A DNA stretch of 64,000 nt. It comes from Octopus sinensis. Taxonomy: Eukaryota. The stretch lies in assembly GCF_006345805.1 (NCBI RefSeq), contig NC_043002.1, positions 70,928,001-70,992,000 of the forward strand, written 5' to 3'. The position numbers and the translations under genes were made by a program. The notes under the pieces were generated by a model. It did not search any database. It saw only the letters and a program-made list of their open reading frames with translations, and was not told where the DNA came from. Below, in pieces: positions 24,876-38,021 of this stretch. Every line of letters begins with the position of its first letter. Position 1 is the stretch's first letter.

Positions 24876-25176
24876 AAGAACAGCCTACAAGACTGGAATG
24901 TTCTCTCTACACACATATGCACAAGTATATGCACAACCGTTTCAAAGGTTACAAATCATAGCATAAAAACTACGCAGGTATCCTTCATATAGTCCCGAAA
25001 CATTCATATAAGAGCAATCTCACACACTCGCTCACCATATCCTACGCTCGTCTGGTTTGGAACTATGATATTTCTAAATCCGTTAGTCGATAGCCATTAT
25101 TACACATACAATGCATCACTCGTAAAATATAACACGAAATCTAACAAGATTTACAGTTCTTTTATATTAAATCCAT
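24876..25176 (+). repeat. Unclassified ~300-bp dispersed repeat (inverted copy at 33261-33560)
   Basis: ACGCTCGTCTGGTTTGGA and ACTCGTAAAATATAACACGAAATCTA occur as reverse complements at 33.3-33.4 kb. Confidence 0.85.
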
Positions 25177-25681
25177 CCGTTTCTATTTGTTTATTATTCA
25201 CCTTACTTGGAATCTGCAATTCGCGTAGATCTGCAATATATTGTGTGCAGTACAATTAGTGCAGTGTTTGTACCCATGTGTACCCTTGGGACTCATTGTA
25301 TATACAGTCCGTCGCTTGTGATTGTACACACAACCAAGATATAAATCCGTTTTTACTTTAAAAGCCACGTACCTATTCCTCAAACACTGCTTGTACGCGA
25401 CAGCGATTTCACTGTTCTGACCTTGGTGCTTTACTATATAAGGACCAGATTCGCTTGAATCCAGAATTTACGTACATACATACATACATACATACATACA
25501 TACATACATACATACAAAGGAAAAAACTGATTCGAAACCTACGGATCCAATCCAGCAATGGAACTATAAAAATCTGTAAAACTTTCCAGAAGTTTATCAT
25601 TTAAATATATATGATTATGTCTAGATATGGAACTATAAGCATGAGAATACATACACAAAGCAAAAATACAAATCTGCACAC

Positions 25682-26045
25682 ATACATACATACATACATA
25701 CATACATACATACATACATACATACATACATACATACATAATGTTCGTCCTTCGGGTTCGAAGATGACCATCGACATCATTTGGTGGAATTGCTGCTATG
25801 AGACCGGAGGTGGCTGGTGAGGCCAATCCGGGCAAGGAAGCCCCTCTCACAGGTGGTGCAGAAGTGGGTAGGGGCTGTGATATTGGTGCAGGTGGCTCTG
25901 GCTTTCCGCATCTGGCGTTTCTGTTCTGCTGACTGAATCCGTCTTTCCTCGGCTGTCTTTGCTCCTGTGGTGATTGCGCTGCGCCAGGATGAGCGGTCGG
26001 CAGCAAGTGTCTCCCAAGTCTCTGTGCCGATGGAGAAGTCTTTAT
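25682..26045 (-). mobile_element. RTE-clade LINE 3' end with (TATG)n tail
   Basis: ORF 25777-26238 contains WETLAADRSSWRSAITTG...CTTCERGFLARIGLTSHLRSH, the typical RTE C-terminus with C2H2 motif, followed by a short UTR and simple-repeat tail. Confidence 0.9.
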
Positions 26046-26223
26046 ACGTACGTATAAACAAACATACCTTGTTGCTGATGTTGAAATTCCAATGAAGGAA
26101 CCTTGGATCTAGGTTAGCAACCGGCTCATTCTCTATTGGGAAGACATCTTGAAATAGAACTGAACACTGATATACATACATGCATATATAAATATATATA
26201 TATATATATTCCCTCTTCAGTTC

Positions 26224-28119
26224 TATTCTTCTCAACATTGTCTTTGCCGTAACCTTCTTACGACCTATGTCTACCCATGCCTACTCATGACTAACACAAC
26301 TAATTATTATAAAATGATAACAAAATAAACTCACAAAACTAAAAGAAAAAAGCTGTGAACTGAGCGAGCAGAGGTTGTATTTGCTGGGAGAGCGCATGCG
26401 AGCTCAGCACCGTCTAGCAGTCATTTGTATGAAACTCGCTCGTACTACAGATATCCACTCGTACTTCAAGATACAATTTCGCACGAGACTCGACCCATAC
26501 AGCACATTACTTGTACAATGGTGCACTCGTGCTGCGAGGTTCTGCTATGTTATTTATTAATTATAACGGTATTTACATCACGAAAACCACAAAAGAGTCA
26601 CATATACAAAATACTTTTAAATTGTTGTCATTTCTGTTTGGTTTATCTATAATTCATTTGTAGCTATTAGTAGCAAGTAAGAAGCAAAGTTTATAATACA
26701 AGTGATATACACAATTATGAGTGCTGATACATGATCGAGCACAAAAAGAAAGAACGCGATTCGACTACCATAACATCTGTCGGTGCTATACGGTAAACAG
26801 TTTAAAAGTTTTCTCCAGTTCTCATTCTTATATCTCGGAATTACAAAAAATTGCAAATGGAATTTCATTTTAATCTCTTGACAATCAAATAAACTTGAAA
26901 ATGAAGTTTTATGATAAGACGATTTTGATTAAAGTTTCAGTAGGTTTTTACTTTTCTGTTCCAGATTATAGCAAAATGTTTGTTTTCTTATTCATTATAG
27001 TCTCACAAAGCAAATAGCTATGTATATATTATGCGTCATAAATAACATATTTGATGCCATTTCATTTTTAATTTTATCAGCTTTGTATCTTCCTCAATTC
27101 CGCACACGCAAATACAGATGTTGTAATTAATATTGCCGGAAATTTATTGTTATACATTTATGCAGCTATTTGCTATAAAATGTTAATAACCGCTATAAAA
27201 TACTTATGCCAACAAACGTTTATAGTTGCTAAACATTTTGCTTCATAATGATTAAGTTTAGTGCTGGCATAATTTAGGCAGTCTACTTTCTTTGTAAATC
27301 ACTAATTGTATAGCCAAACCTTTACAATGAGAAAATATTAGTTGTTGTCATAATTACTAGGCGACATCGTACACATCTAATCATTAAGCAAATCAATTAT
27401 TACAATAAACTCATTTATTAACTGAATATTGCACACTTCCAGTTATCTCATACATGGGAAACATTAATTTCAACACCTGTAACTAAAGTGGAACCAAATC
27501 CTTCTGATGGAAGCGTTTCTACTTCTTACAGATTTATATAAAAACCTTGAAGTGGATGAGAAAATTATAGGAAGACGAGCAATGAATAAAAGATGCAGTT
27601 CTATACTGGTTTACTTAACAATTATTGAACTGCATTATAGTAGCAATAACATATAATTTTTCTTTGTAAATCCCATACAGATTTTAATTAAGCTGCAGTT
27701 ATATCACTATTCACGTATCATAAGACTGCAGGTGAAAAGAGTAATTGGCAAAACGCTAAATAATGGTTTTAGAAAAGCATGAATATCGTTTCCTATATAA
27801 GTGGCCAATACACGAGTATACAAGAAAATCCGAAGACGCAATTACAAAATAATGATATCACAAGAAATTAAAATCCTTTCAACTGCAATATTTTGTTGAA
27901 AGCTTGCGTATAATCTTTTACTTGTTTCAGTCATTTGACTGCAGCCATGCTGGAGCACCACATTTAGTCGAGAAAATCGAGCCCAGGACTTATTATTTGT
28001 ATGCCTAGTACTTATTCTATCGGTCTCTTTTGCCGAACAGCTAAGTTACGGGGACATAAACACACCAGCATCGGTTGTCAAGCGATGTTGGGAAGGGAAG
28101 GACAAACACAGACACACAA

Positions 28120-28187
<68 letters not shown>

Positions 28188-28188
28188 T

Positions 28189-28259
<71 letters not shown>

Positions 28260-28528
28260 TGCCCCAGCATGGCCTCAGCCGGATGGCTGAAACAAGTAAA
28301 AGAGTAAAAGAGTAAATATACATATATACGACGGTCTTCTTTCAATTTCCGTCTACCAAATCCACTCACAAGGCTTTGGTCGGTCCGAGGTTATAGTAGA
28401 AAACACTTGCCCAAGTTGCCAGGTAGTGTTACTTATCATACAGCCAATAATTAGTTGTGTTAGCCATGGATAGTCATGGGTAGCCATGGGTCGTAAGAGA
28501 GTTACTGCAAAGAGTGCTGAGAAGAATA
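26224..28528. mobile_element. Putative non-autonomous DNA element bounded by ~85-bp inverted repeats
   Basis: 26224-26308 (TATTCTTCTCA...CTTACGACC.ATG.CTACCCATG...CTAACACAACTAATTATT) is the reverse complement of 28446-28528; no transposase seen inside. Confidence 0.6.
27914..28445 (-). mobile_element. SINE family B with an oppositely oriented tail fragment (28258-28315) in its microsatellite
   Basis: Family tail at 27914-28100, head side at 28328-28445; GGTGCCCCAGCATGGCC...GAAACAAGTAAAAGAGTAAAAGAG on the plus strand inside the (TA)n. Confidence 0.85.
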
Positions 28529-28589
28529 AAAAGCAATAATAACAACATTGTTTCAGTACGACATCGCAGTTAGGGAAAAGAACAATATA

Positions 28590-28875
28590 TATTTTGTTAC
28601 AAAGCCTTCAATTTCGAGGTTGGGGGTGATAAGTCGATTTTGTCAACCCCAGTGTTTAACCAGGATATTTTTTATCGACTCCGAAAGAATGAAAGGCAAT
28701 GTGGACCTCAGCGAAATATGAACTCAGAAGATAAAGTCGGACGAAATGTCCCTAAACATTTTGACTGGAGTGTTAACGATTCTTTTCTACTTTAGTCACA
28801 AGGCCAGAAATTTTGGGGGAGGAGGGGCTAGTCAATTAGATCAACCCCAGCACGCAACTGGTACTTAATTTATGG
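28590..28875 (-). mobile_element. Two family A SINE fragments
   Basis: TTTATCGACTCCGAAAGAATGAAAGGCAA and CCCCAGCACGCAACTGGTACTTAATTTAT. Confidence 0.75.
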
Positions 28876-28879
28876 ATCG

Positions 28880-29484
28880 TTAGCGTAAGCCAGTATCAAG
28901 AAATTCCCAACTAGAAACTACAGCCTAGGAGACAAGCTTCGTCCTGAAATGTTGTAGACCTCGACGAGGAGGTCCTGCAAAACCTGGTGGAACAAAATTC
29001 CAACGTAACTGTTGAGGAACTAGAAGCTTGAATTTGGTCATTTAACCATTCATCGACACCTGCGTGCTATCGGAAAGTCAGGAAATTGGGTTAATGTGTT
29101 CCTCAAAAACTTTCCGTGTCTATGCGCGCGCAGTGAATGAACGTGTGCCCTTCTTTACCTGTTACACGTCACGAATGATTATTTTTTGCTCCACCCACCA
29201 TATTCGCTGGACATTGCCCTATTTTATCATTTATTCCGCGTCTTCAAAATTATTCGGACTGGAAAATTTTGAACTCTGTAGACGAGGATAGAACAGTACT
29301 GGAGGATTATTTTTCGTCACGGACAAGTGAATTCTGGAAGAGGGGTTTTATAAGTCAACCAGATAGACTGAAGAGCATTGTATAAAATGAAGGAGAGTAT
29401 GTTTTCGATTTTAAAAAAAAATTCATAATTTAGATAAATTAAAAGAGTATAAGAAAACCGCATTACTTATGGGATGACCCAATA
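28880..29484 (+). mobile_element. Internally deleted mariner remnant with right TIR
   Basis: DEEVLQNLVEQNSNVTVEEL, TIHRHLRAIGK, CVPQKL (WVPHEL-like), HPPYSLDIA (YSPDLAP-like); ends AAAACCGCATTACTTATGGGATGACCCAA-TA. Confidence 0.85.
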
Positions 29485-30920
29485 CATATGAATACGCGTC
29501 AGAAGACAATGACCTTGTCAAGTATTCACCTAGTAGTAATATTATGTATTACATATCAATATCCTATAGCACCGTAAAATAACATGCATACGATGTATTT
29601 CTTCAGTTAATATTGATATATAATTTCAGAGAACAGAATTTAAGATCAAGTTCAATATTGTGAGAATTTCAAGATCACACATAATTCATATTTTATAATA
29701 TATTAGGGTTTTTTTTCCATAATATATTATTGTTGATACAACCGTTATATCAAGTACGTTATATTTTGTAGTAGTTAAGAATCATTAAGTATTTTCCTCT
29801 CTCTAAATATATGTTTCTTACTTAAGAATGAAACAAATGTAATTAAAATGCGTATTATGAAGTCGCAATAAACTGTGACGGAAGCTCCACATCTCTTAAA
29901 ACAAAACGTTCAATCGTTTGAAAATTCAATTAAGCCGTTGAATAAATTGCAAATCAATATCTTTCGGCAACTGTTTAATTTGAAAAATCCAAAGTAAACT
30001 GATGATGGATTACGACTGGTCGATAGGAAATTAAATTGGTATGATGCCTTTAGGTAAAAATGATACTCCCCCACCACCGTCAAGCAATATGAAGTGTAAC
30101 AACACGAAGAGCATATAGAAAGTGTATACATCAAATTATACATAATGGCATAAATTATCAAATTGGCAAGCTATGAAATAGAATTCTGCCGACATCGAAT
30201 CTTCTGATAAAGGAGAATAACATTCATCAAATGGAATTAATAATATAGCTGATAAATATTTTATCATTCTTTGTGTGTATGTTTGATAGAGAAATATCAA
30301 AAAATATCTAATCTTAAACCGGGAAGGTATTTCAAATAATCTCTAACTTTAAGTTAATTCGAAAACATTATTTATATATTGGACACCTTTCAAGTTTAAA
30401 ACAACATGGTTTCCTTTAGGCATTACTCTGTTATTTACGGAACAGAGCGGAACGAAATTGACTTTTACACCAGTTTACACCGGTGATAACCTCTTTCGGC
30501 CAATATATAAAATCTTCAACTGATCAAATATATTAATAGAAGTCATCAACACAAAAGAAGTCATATATATATAGTGCAGTCATAATAAATTATTACTTCC
30601 GCCAAACCAACAGTGATTGTTTTTGGACATTTTACACCAAATATTTATTCATTAGTACAACTGTACTAACGAACAACTATTACAGCATATATATATCATT
30701 TTTAGCTTTCTTTTCCTATCTCATTATATGCATCTCCAAACCGGTAAATACGAAGGAAATATCTCCGCCTATCTCCTTGACTATTTGTCTGCTTAAGTAT
30801 CTATAACCTATCTATCTATTTTCCCCAAAACACACACTTATAGTTACAAAAATATGTGCATGTATGTGTAACATATATGAGTATGTGAGTGTAATTATGT
30901 TTATATATATATGTGTGTGT

Positions 30921-31148
30921 GTTAAATAAAATGAGACAACAGAGCCATCAGAGACGATGCGAGATGGTTAAAAAGAGGGAAATATCAGAGTTGAGCTCTA
31001 ATATTTCTCTCTATTTAACAATCTCACATTGTCTCTGATGACGGGATATCCCTAATATCCCAGAATAAGCTGTAAGACTAATTTTCTCTTTAGAAATGTC
31101 ATTAAAATTCCACATACCCTTAGTTTTATTGTCTCATTATATTTAACT
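30921..31148. repeat. Nested inverted repeats with a degenerate hammerhead (31031-31078, +)
   Basis: Hairpin 30946-31040 (CATCAGAGAC...GTCTCTGATG); outer GTTAAATA.AATGAGACAA / TTGTCTCATT.TATTTAAC; GTCT CTGATGA CGGGATAT..ATATCCCA GAAT AAGCTG TA AGAC. Confidence 0.75.
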
Positions 31149-31651
31149 TTTAAACAAATACAAATAACAGGACATAACAACAGGTGTCTGTCCACTAGGG
31201 ACGAATTAAATTTACTTGGCGGCAGAGATACAAGATTTCACAGGCACAGGGAGGAATATGGTTGTTGCACGGACGGCGCCGAACCAAGAAAGAAAGGTAT
31301 GGTTTGGCTGAAAATCGGTCATATGGGGAGAGAAGAGAGAGTGGTACAGGCAGATGGACAGACAAAATAAGTGGGGCGAGAAAATATGACAGGGACACAG
31401 TGAAGTGAAAAGTGGAGGGAAAGTGAGTATGAAGAGAAGGCAAGGAAATATGAGAGAGGGAGAACGAAGAGTGGGGTGAACGAAGTAATCGTGAAAGGGC
31501 TGATAAAAAGAAGGAAACAATAAAAGAATAGAAGGAATAGAGTCGTAGAAGATTTAGATAAATATATACTTACATATAAGAAACCAATGTGTACGTTCGC
31601 CGCTATATGTTTTGCGTTCTTGTCCCATTTTGTATTATATATATATATATG

Positions 31652-32040
31652 TGGAGGCGCAATGGCCTAGTGGTTAGGGCAGCGGACTCGCAGTCATAGG
31701 ATCGCGGTTTCGATTCCCAGACCGGGCGTTGTGAGTGTTTATTGAGCGAAAACACCTAAAAGCTCCACGAGGCTCCGGCAGGGGATGGTGGTGATCCCTG
31801 CTGTACTCTTTCACCACAGCTTTCTCTCACTCTTACTTCCTGTTTCTCTTGTACCTGTATTTCAAGGGGCCGGCCTTGTCACTCTCTGTGTCACGCTGAA
31901 TATCCCCGAGAACTACATTAAGGGTGCACGTGTCTGTGGAGTGCTCAGCCACTTACACGTTAATTTCACGAACAGGCTGTTCCGTTGATTCGGATCAACC
32001 GGAACCTCATCGTCGTAACCGACGGAGTGCTTCCATCCAT
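31652..32040 (+). mobile_element. tRNA-derived SINE, family C2 (same head as C1, different 3' half)
   Basis: A box TGGCCTAGTGG, B box GGTTTCGATTCC; colinear with 21900-21700 for ~190 bp, then an unrelated tail shared with 40380-40570. Confidence 0.88.
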
Positions 32041-32073
32041 ATATATATACATAGCGAAAGAGAGAGAGAGAGA

Positions 32074-32112
<39 letters not shown>

Positions 32113-32185
32113 CAAAATGGGACAAGAACGCAAAATATCCAGACAGTTAGGGGATGCAAAAAAGGACAGCAAAACATCCAGATGT

Positions 32186-32434
32186 TTGGGTTGGCGCATA
32201 ATTATTGCGGCATTTTTACAACAAATTTTATTCAACAAAAACAATATCAAAATGTTACAAAAACATCTTTAAATGATTACTTCGGACCATGTTCACCATC
32301 TACTTCAATTAATGCTTCCAATTTGCTTGGCCGATAGTCGGACCATCATTTAAAGATGTTGTTGCTAAATATTGTTATTGCTTTTGTTTAGTAAAACTTG
32401 TTGAAAAAGCTGCAATAATTATGCACGAACCCAA
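32186..32434. mobile_element. Mariner-derived MITE with long inverted arms
   Basis: TTGGGTTGGCGCATAATTATTGCGGC / GCTGCAATAATTATGCACGAACCCAA followed by TA; inner ACATCTTTAAATGAT / ATCATTTAAAGATGT. Confidence 0.8.
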
Positions 32435-32504
32435 TATATATATACATATATATAACCTGCTTTCGACTCCATATATTTACTTATATATATATATATATAT
32501 ATAT

Positions 32505-32732
32505 ATTTCTTTATTGCCCACACGGGGTTAAACATAGAGGGGACAAACAAGGACAGACAAACGGATTAAGTCGATTACATCGACCCCAGTGCGTAACTGG
32601 TACTTAATTTATCGACCCCGAAAGGATGAAAGGCAAAGTCGACCTCGGCGGAATTTGAACTCACGACGTAACGACAGACGAAATACGGCTACGCATTTCG
32701 CCCAGCCTGCTAACGTTTCTGCCAGTTCGCCG
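32505..32732 (-). mobile_element. Family A SINE
   Basis: Well-preserved copy including CTGGTACTTAATTTATCGACCCCGAAAGGATGAAAGGC. Confidence 0.9.
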
Positions 32733-33260
32733 CTGAAATACGCACACGTGCTCGAACGTAGGTGTAAGGAAGTGAAAATTCAGTTTCGAATATATGAATA
32801 AATCAAAGTAAGTTATAGAGACGAAAAGGGTTAGTGACAAATATGGGGGAGGGATTACTGTAATATATAATTGTAATAATATAAAACTATTCATTCTAGA
32901 TCACATGTATATGCATTGAGTAATCTTTCCCCGTTCGTTTATTCAAATACACAAACACACAGAAATGTGCACGCACACACATATACGTGGATAGGAAGCT
33001 TATTTTCTTTCGTGGTACATTTAAGATACGATTATGTTCAGGTTTGATGTGTTTAATTAAGGTTTTTTGGGTTCTTCATATTTCCGTAGTTGCCTTTCAT
33101 GTTCATTTCGGAAAGATATACCTTACGTAAATGCATTAAGTCCATTAACACATTTCTATCTGCAAAATAAATTGATGGAAATAATGGCGTGTTTTATGCA
33201 CATTTTGCAATAAGTGGCAAAGAATACTAGGTATAATATTGTAAGTAATAAAAAAAAAAC

Positions 33261-33560
33261 TGGATTTTATATAAAAGAACTGTAAATCCTGGTAGATTTC
33301 GTGTTATATTTTACGAGTAATGCATTGTATGTGTATGGCAGTCGACTAACGGAATTACAAACGCCATAGCTCCAAACCAGACGAGCGTGGGATATGATGA
33401 GCGAGTTTGTGAGATTGATCTTGTATGAATGTTTCGGGACTATATAAAGGATACATATGTAGTTTTTATGCCGATATTTGTGACCTTTGAACCGGCTGTG
33501 CATATACTTGCACATGTGTGTGTGCGTAGAGAATTCCAGTGTTGCAAGACTGTTCTTTTT
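33261..33560 (-). repeat. Second copy of the unclassified ~300-bp repeat
   Basis: Reverse complement of 24876-25176. Confidence 0.85.
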
Positions 33561-35743
33561 TCTTGTAATAAGTCGTCTGTTTCAATAACACTCTATCAAA
33601 AAGATCCTACCATAAAACAGCATATAATTGCTAAATACCATCATGTTTTTCATATTTTCATATTATTTATACATACGAGAGTCTTTGTTATTCTTTTAAA
33701 GCTTTACAATTCAAAATATTTTTCTAGGCTATGATCGACTCAAAAAGATTTCAGGAAAAAGTTGAGAAAAATTGCTATTGATGTTACAAGAAAACGTTTT
33801 CGTTGAATATTATATTCTCTAGCCTTCTGTATCCTCAAAATATACATTCCCTATATAACTAAACATTACGCTAAACATTACAATATATGCAATGTATTAT
33901 AAAAACAAAATCATCTACGTTGAGCGAATATAATTCTGATACACATTATTTTGTTTTTATTGATTTTCAGTTACTTTACACAAGGCAAATGAATGTTGCT
34001 GATATTAAGAAAGTGCACAATAATTGTACGATATGTATAAAATATTTTATGCAGTTTAATCATTAAGTTCATCAATTCCTTGAAAATATATAAAGGAACT
34101 ATAAGTTTATGAATCGCTTATTCCTTGTTTACAATGGTTATAAATACAAGAAACAATATTTGCAAATTTCCTCGTTTAACACTTTCGTCGAAGCTGGATG
34201 AACACAATACAGTGTCCCGTATTACTGTTATGATATCCAGTGACACACATTCTTCAGTTTACAAGGTCATCAAAGTGTGAACAAGAACTTTTGTGGATTA
34301 CGTATGTTTCTGGTGGATGTCTGGATGTCTCTATATTGTTTCAATTTTATTTTTCATTTAAGTTTTATATTTCCTTTCCTTTAGCTGTGTTCCTTTAGAT
34401 TTTAAATATTAAACAATTTTGATCATATGCGAGTTAGTCTAAAGGTGTTGGGATATATATCCAGAAGATAATTCAGGAATGCATTTCCAAAGTTTATAAC
34501 TAAAGTATTTTATGAAACGTTGCAATTCGTTTCCCCAAGAAAGACAACTGATCTGCATTCTAAATACAATTATGAGTTCTCTACTGGAGATTTTTCTTTA
34601 CATTGTGATGTATACTTGTACTGGATATATAGCGAACACGAATCTGTACCGAAGCTCCAACTTCCTCTGTATATTACTTATAAATTTTTTTAAACATAAA
34701 TTCTGATTGGTTACATAATACGAAATGATTCAATTCTAGACGTAGCTTAACCTACAGTTAAAACTGTCTATCAAGGTTCCAAGTAGAATTACTTAAATAT
34801 CATTTCCTTTACCTTGTAAGAGATAACTTCCATTTAATATGTTTGGAAATAAAATGTTAGTATCTTGGTATTAATTTTGAATAGTAAATGTATTATTGAT
34901 AAACGGGATTTATGTCAATGAGACAGTTATCAGCTTTGATTAGTCATTCTTCCAGCCTATTACCAAATCTCTGATAAAATGACTTATCTGGGATTAGCAT
35001 GATCGGTTTAGTTCATTGCTGACATTTCGTTTCGTTTTAGAGTCTTTAACAATTGGCACGAATTATTATCAACGATTTATGATTTCAAGATTAGAAATGA
35101 AGTTAAATCTGTCTGTATCGATCGACTGTTCTTTAAAGCACTATATGATAAGACAACTAAACATTTGAATCATGACAAGAGTAAAGTACGGAATCCGAAG
35201 AAATTAGTCATATCTGCCTTAGTAATAACCAGTTCGGTTGATTCTGGGCATGAGTTCAATAAATTCAATCGGCTCTTGGTCTGAATCAGAAATATAATGT
35301 CTAAATAATGGACTTCACTCAGAGAAAGGGCGAGTGTCTTATCTACTTCACTCCAGCTGGTTACTATTTACCTCGGATTCTTTCTTGAACTCTTTCCTCA
35401 ATGTATTGTTTGCTATTTGGTAAAAAATATTTTCCACTTCTAATCATCTGAGCAGTAACGAGTCAGTTATAGATTAAATATAATGAGAAAATAAGACATA
35501 ACAAGACGCTCCGCCTGACAGAGATATCGAGCAAGTACCTATAAAAATGTTATTCTACTTTCTGAAATCACTAACGATAACATCTGGTGATGTAGACCTA
35601 GAGACCAATAAAGCAAGAAGATACTCCCTAGCTCAGGACTGATAATCCACGTTGATATATTTAGTGGGTGAAGAATGAGATTGTGTTTCCTTCATATGAG
35701 TTGCACTTGAGTTCGTTTTGTTTTTCCTTCTTATTTTTGTTAT

Positions 35744-36360
<617 letters not shown>

Positions 36361-36639
36361 CACTGGTTAGTACAAAAAGAAAACATAAAAACAAGATGAG
36401 CATCGACCCACTGCAGCGTTTCTGTAAACAGAATCATTCCTGTGTCTAAGACTGCTTTCAGTATTTTCTGAAAGAAACATTGTCGGGGTTTGTAGCCTTG
36501 TGGTTTAAAGTCAGCAAACGTATTTCTGCGCATGGCCGAGTGTATGAGTAGTGGGAAGCTTCATGGAGCGGAAAGGGACTTAGAGGAGAGTGTCCCAGAG
36601 TGTTTGGAAAAGCGTGTAAGCAGTATGTGTTATGCATGC

Positions 36640-36706
<67 letters not shown>

Positions 36707-37050
36707 CGTGCGAGAGTGTGTCTATGTATGTATTGGTCGCTGGATATATATATATATAAAATAAAGTGAAGTTGCAAGGTACCGCACGATTGACACGCAT
36801 GTACAAATATATGAAAGACTATAGAGTGAACATTTAGAAGCTTGAAGTACAAAACAGAATTTAATATCACTAGTCGAGAGCTGTTTATGGCCATTACTGG
36901 TAACGCCTTACATCAAATAACTGAAGTGCCCGTTCTCAGGTATCAGACCGGAAGCAATAAGCAATAAGAATCCAGTGGTACGATCGAATGTATAAAGTCT
37001 GAATAAATCAATCAGATGCTAAACGCAATACTTATACTTATATATATATA

Positions 37051-37325
37051 CTGTTGTGTCTGGGAAGAGTCATTCTCTTTTAATGCCTTATTATTTAACA
37101 CACTCACTGGTAAAATTTCCACTTATTTCTTATTTTTATTTTCTAAAACTTTCGTTGCGTCTTGAAAACTTTTCAATAGTCTTTTCAAGAGTCAAGACTA
37201 TTGAAAATGTTGCAAGACGCAACGAAAATTTTAGAAAATAAAAATAAGAAATAAGTGGAAATTTTACCGGTGAGTGTGTTAAATAATAAGGCACTAAAAG
37301 AAAATGAGTCTTCCAGACACAACAG
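37051..37325. repeat. ~275-bp near-perfect palindrome (10-nt loop)
   Basis: CTGTTGTGTCTGG...CAATAGTCTT [TTCAAGAGTC] AAGACTATTG...CCAGACACAACAG. Confidence 0.95.
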
Positions 37326-37382
37326 AATATGCTTCAACACACGAACTCATATAAAGAATCTTGCAAACCAAATCCCAAAACG

Positions 37383-37474
<92 letters not shown>

Positions 37475-37478
<4 letters not shown>

Positions 37479-37623
37479 GTACAAAATTATACCAGTATTG
37501 CTAGAGACAAGTAGCAAAAAACGACACAAAATGCCACAAAAGTACTAATTCAGTGCTTTTTGTGGACTTTTGAGTCGTTTTTGACTCTTGTTTCTAGCAA
37601 TACTGGTATTATTTTGCACCCTT
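37475..37623. repeat. ~150-bp palindrome
   Basis: AAGGGTACAAAATTATACCAGTATTGCTAGA...CCACAAAAG / CTTTTTGTGG...TCTAGCAATACTGGTATTATTTTGCACCCTT. Confidence 0.9.
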
Positions 37624-37680
37624 GATTAAAAATTTGCCTTTCATGTTTGAATTGCTAGCAGGCTACCTATACTATATATA

Positions 37681-38021
37681 TCTATTATATAAAATCCGTT
37701 CTGTCTGTCTGTGTATCTTCTAGGATCTCGGACATCCTTCGTCCGATTGCGCTCAAATGTGATATGTAGATACCGACGGTATCAGGGCATGTATAAATCG
37801 ATTCCAGGTGAGAATGCGATCGATAAAGCCAGGGAACGTGCATTTGTACGCGCGAGTACATCAGTCGAAATCTGTCTTTTGTGGGGGTTTCAAATTTAGG
37901 TTAAATCAGTGTTTCTCAGAGGGGAGGCCTATGGGACGGTCGGACAAGCTGTTTTGAGAAAATTTGGTTTAAATGTTTTTACAACTCAGCACCGTCCATT
38001 GGACGAGCGGCATTTTGCTCG
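37681..38021 (+). mobile_element. Non-autonomous Helitron-like element, copy 1
   Basis: A|TCTATTATATAAAA start, 3' ACGAGC..GCTCG|T end, no TSD; second copy at 41476-41808. Confidence 0.7.

Noticed and set aside
31652-31725. Apparent tRNA gene (also 21830-21900 and ~50655-50722)
   Set aside because: A and B boxes are present but no complete cloverleaf, and the sequence continues into a SINE body or is a decayed head.
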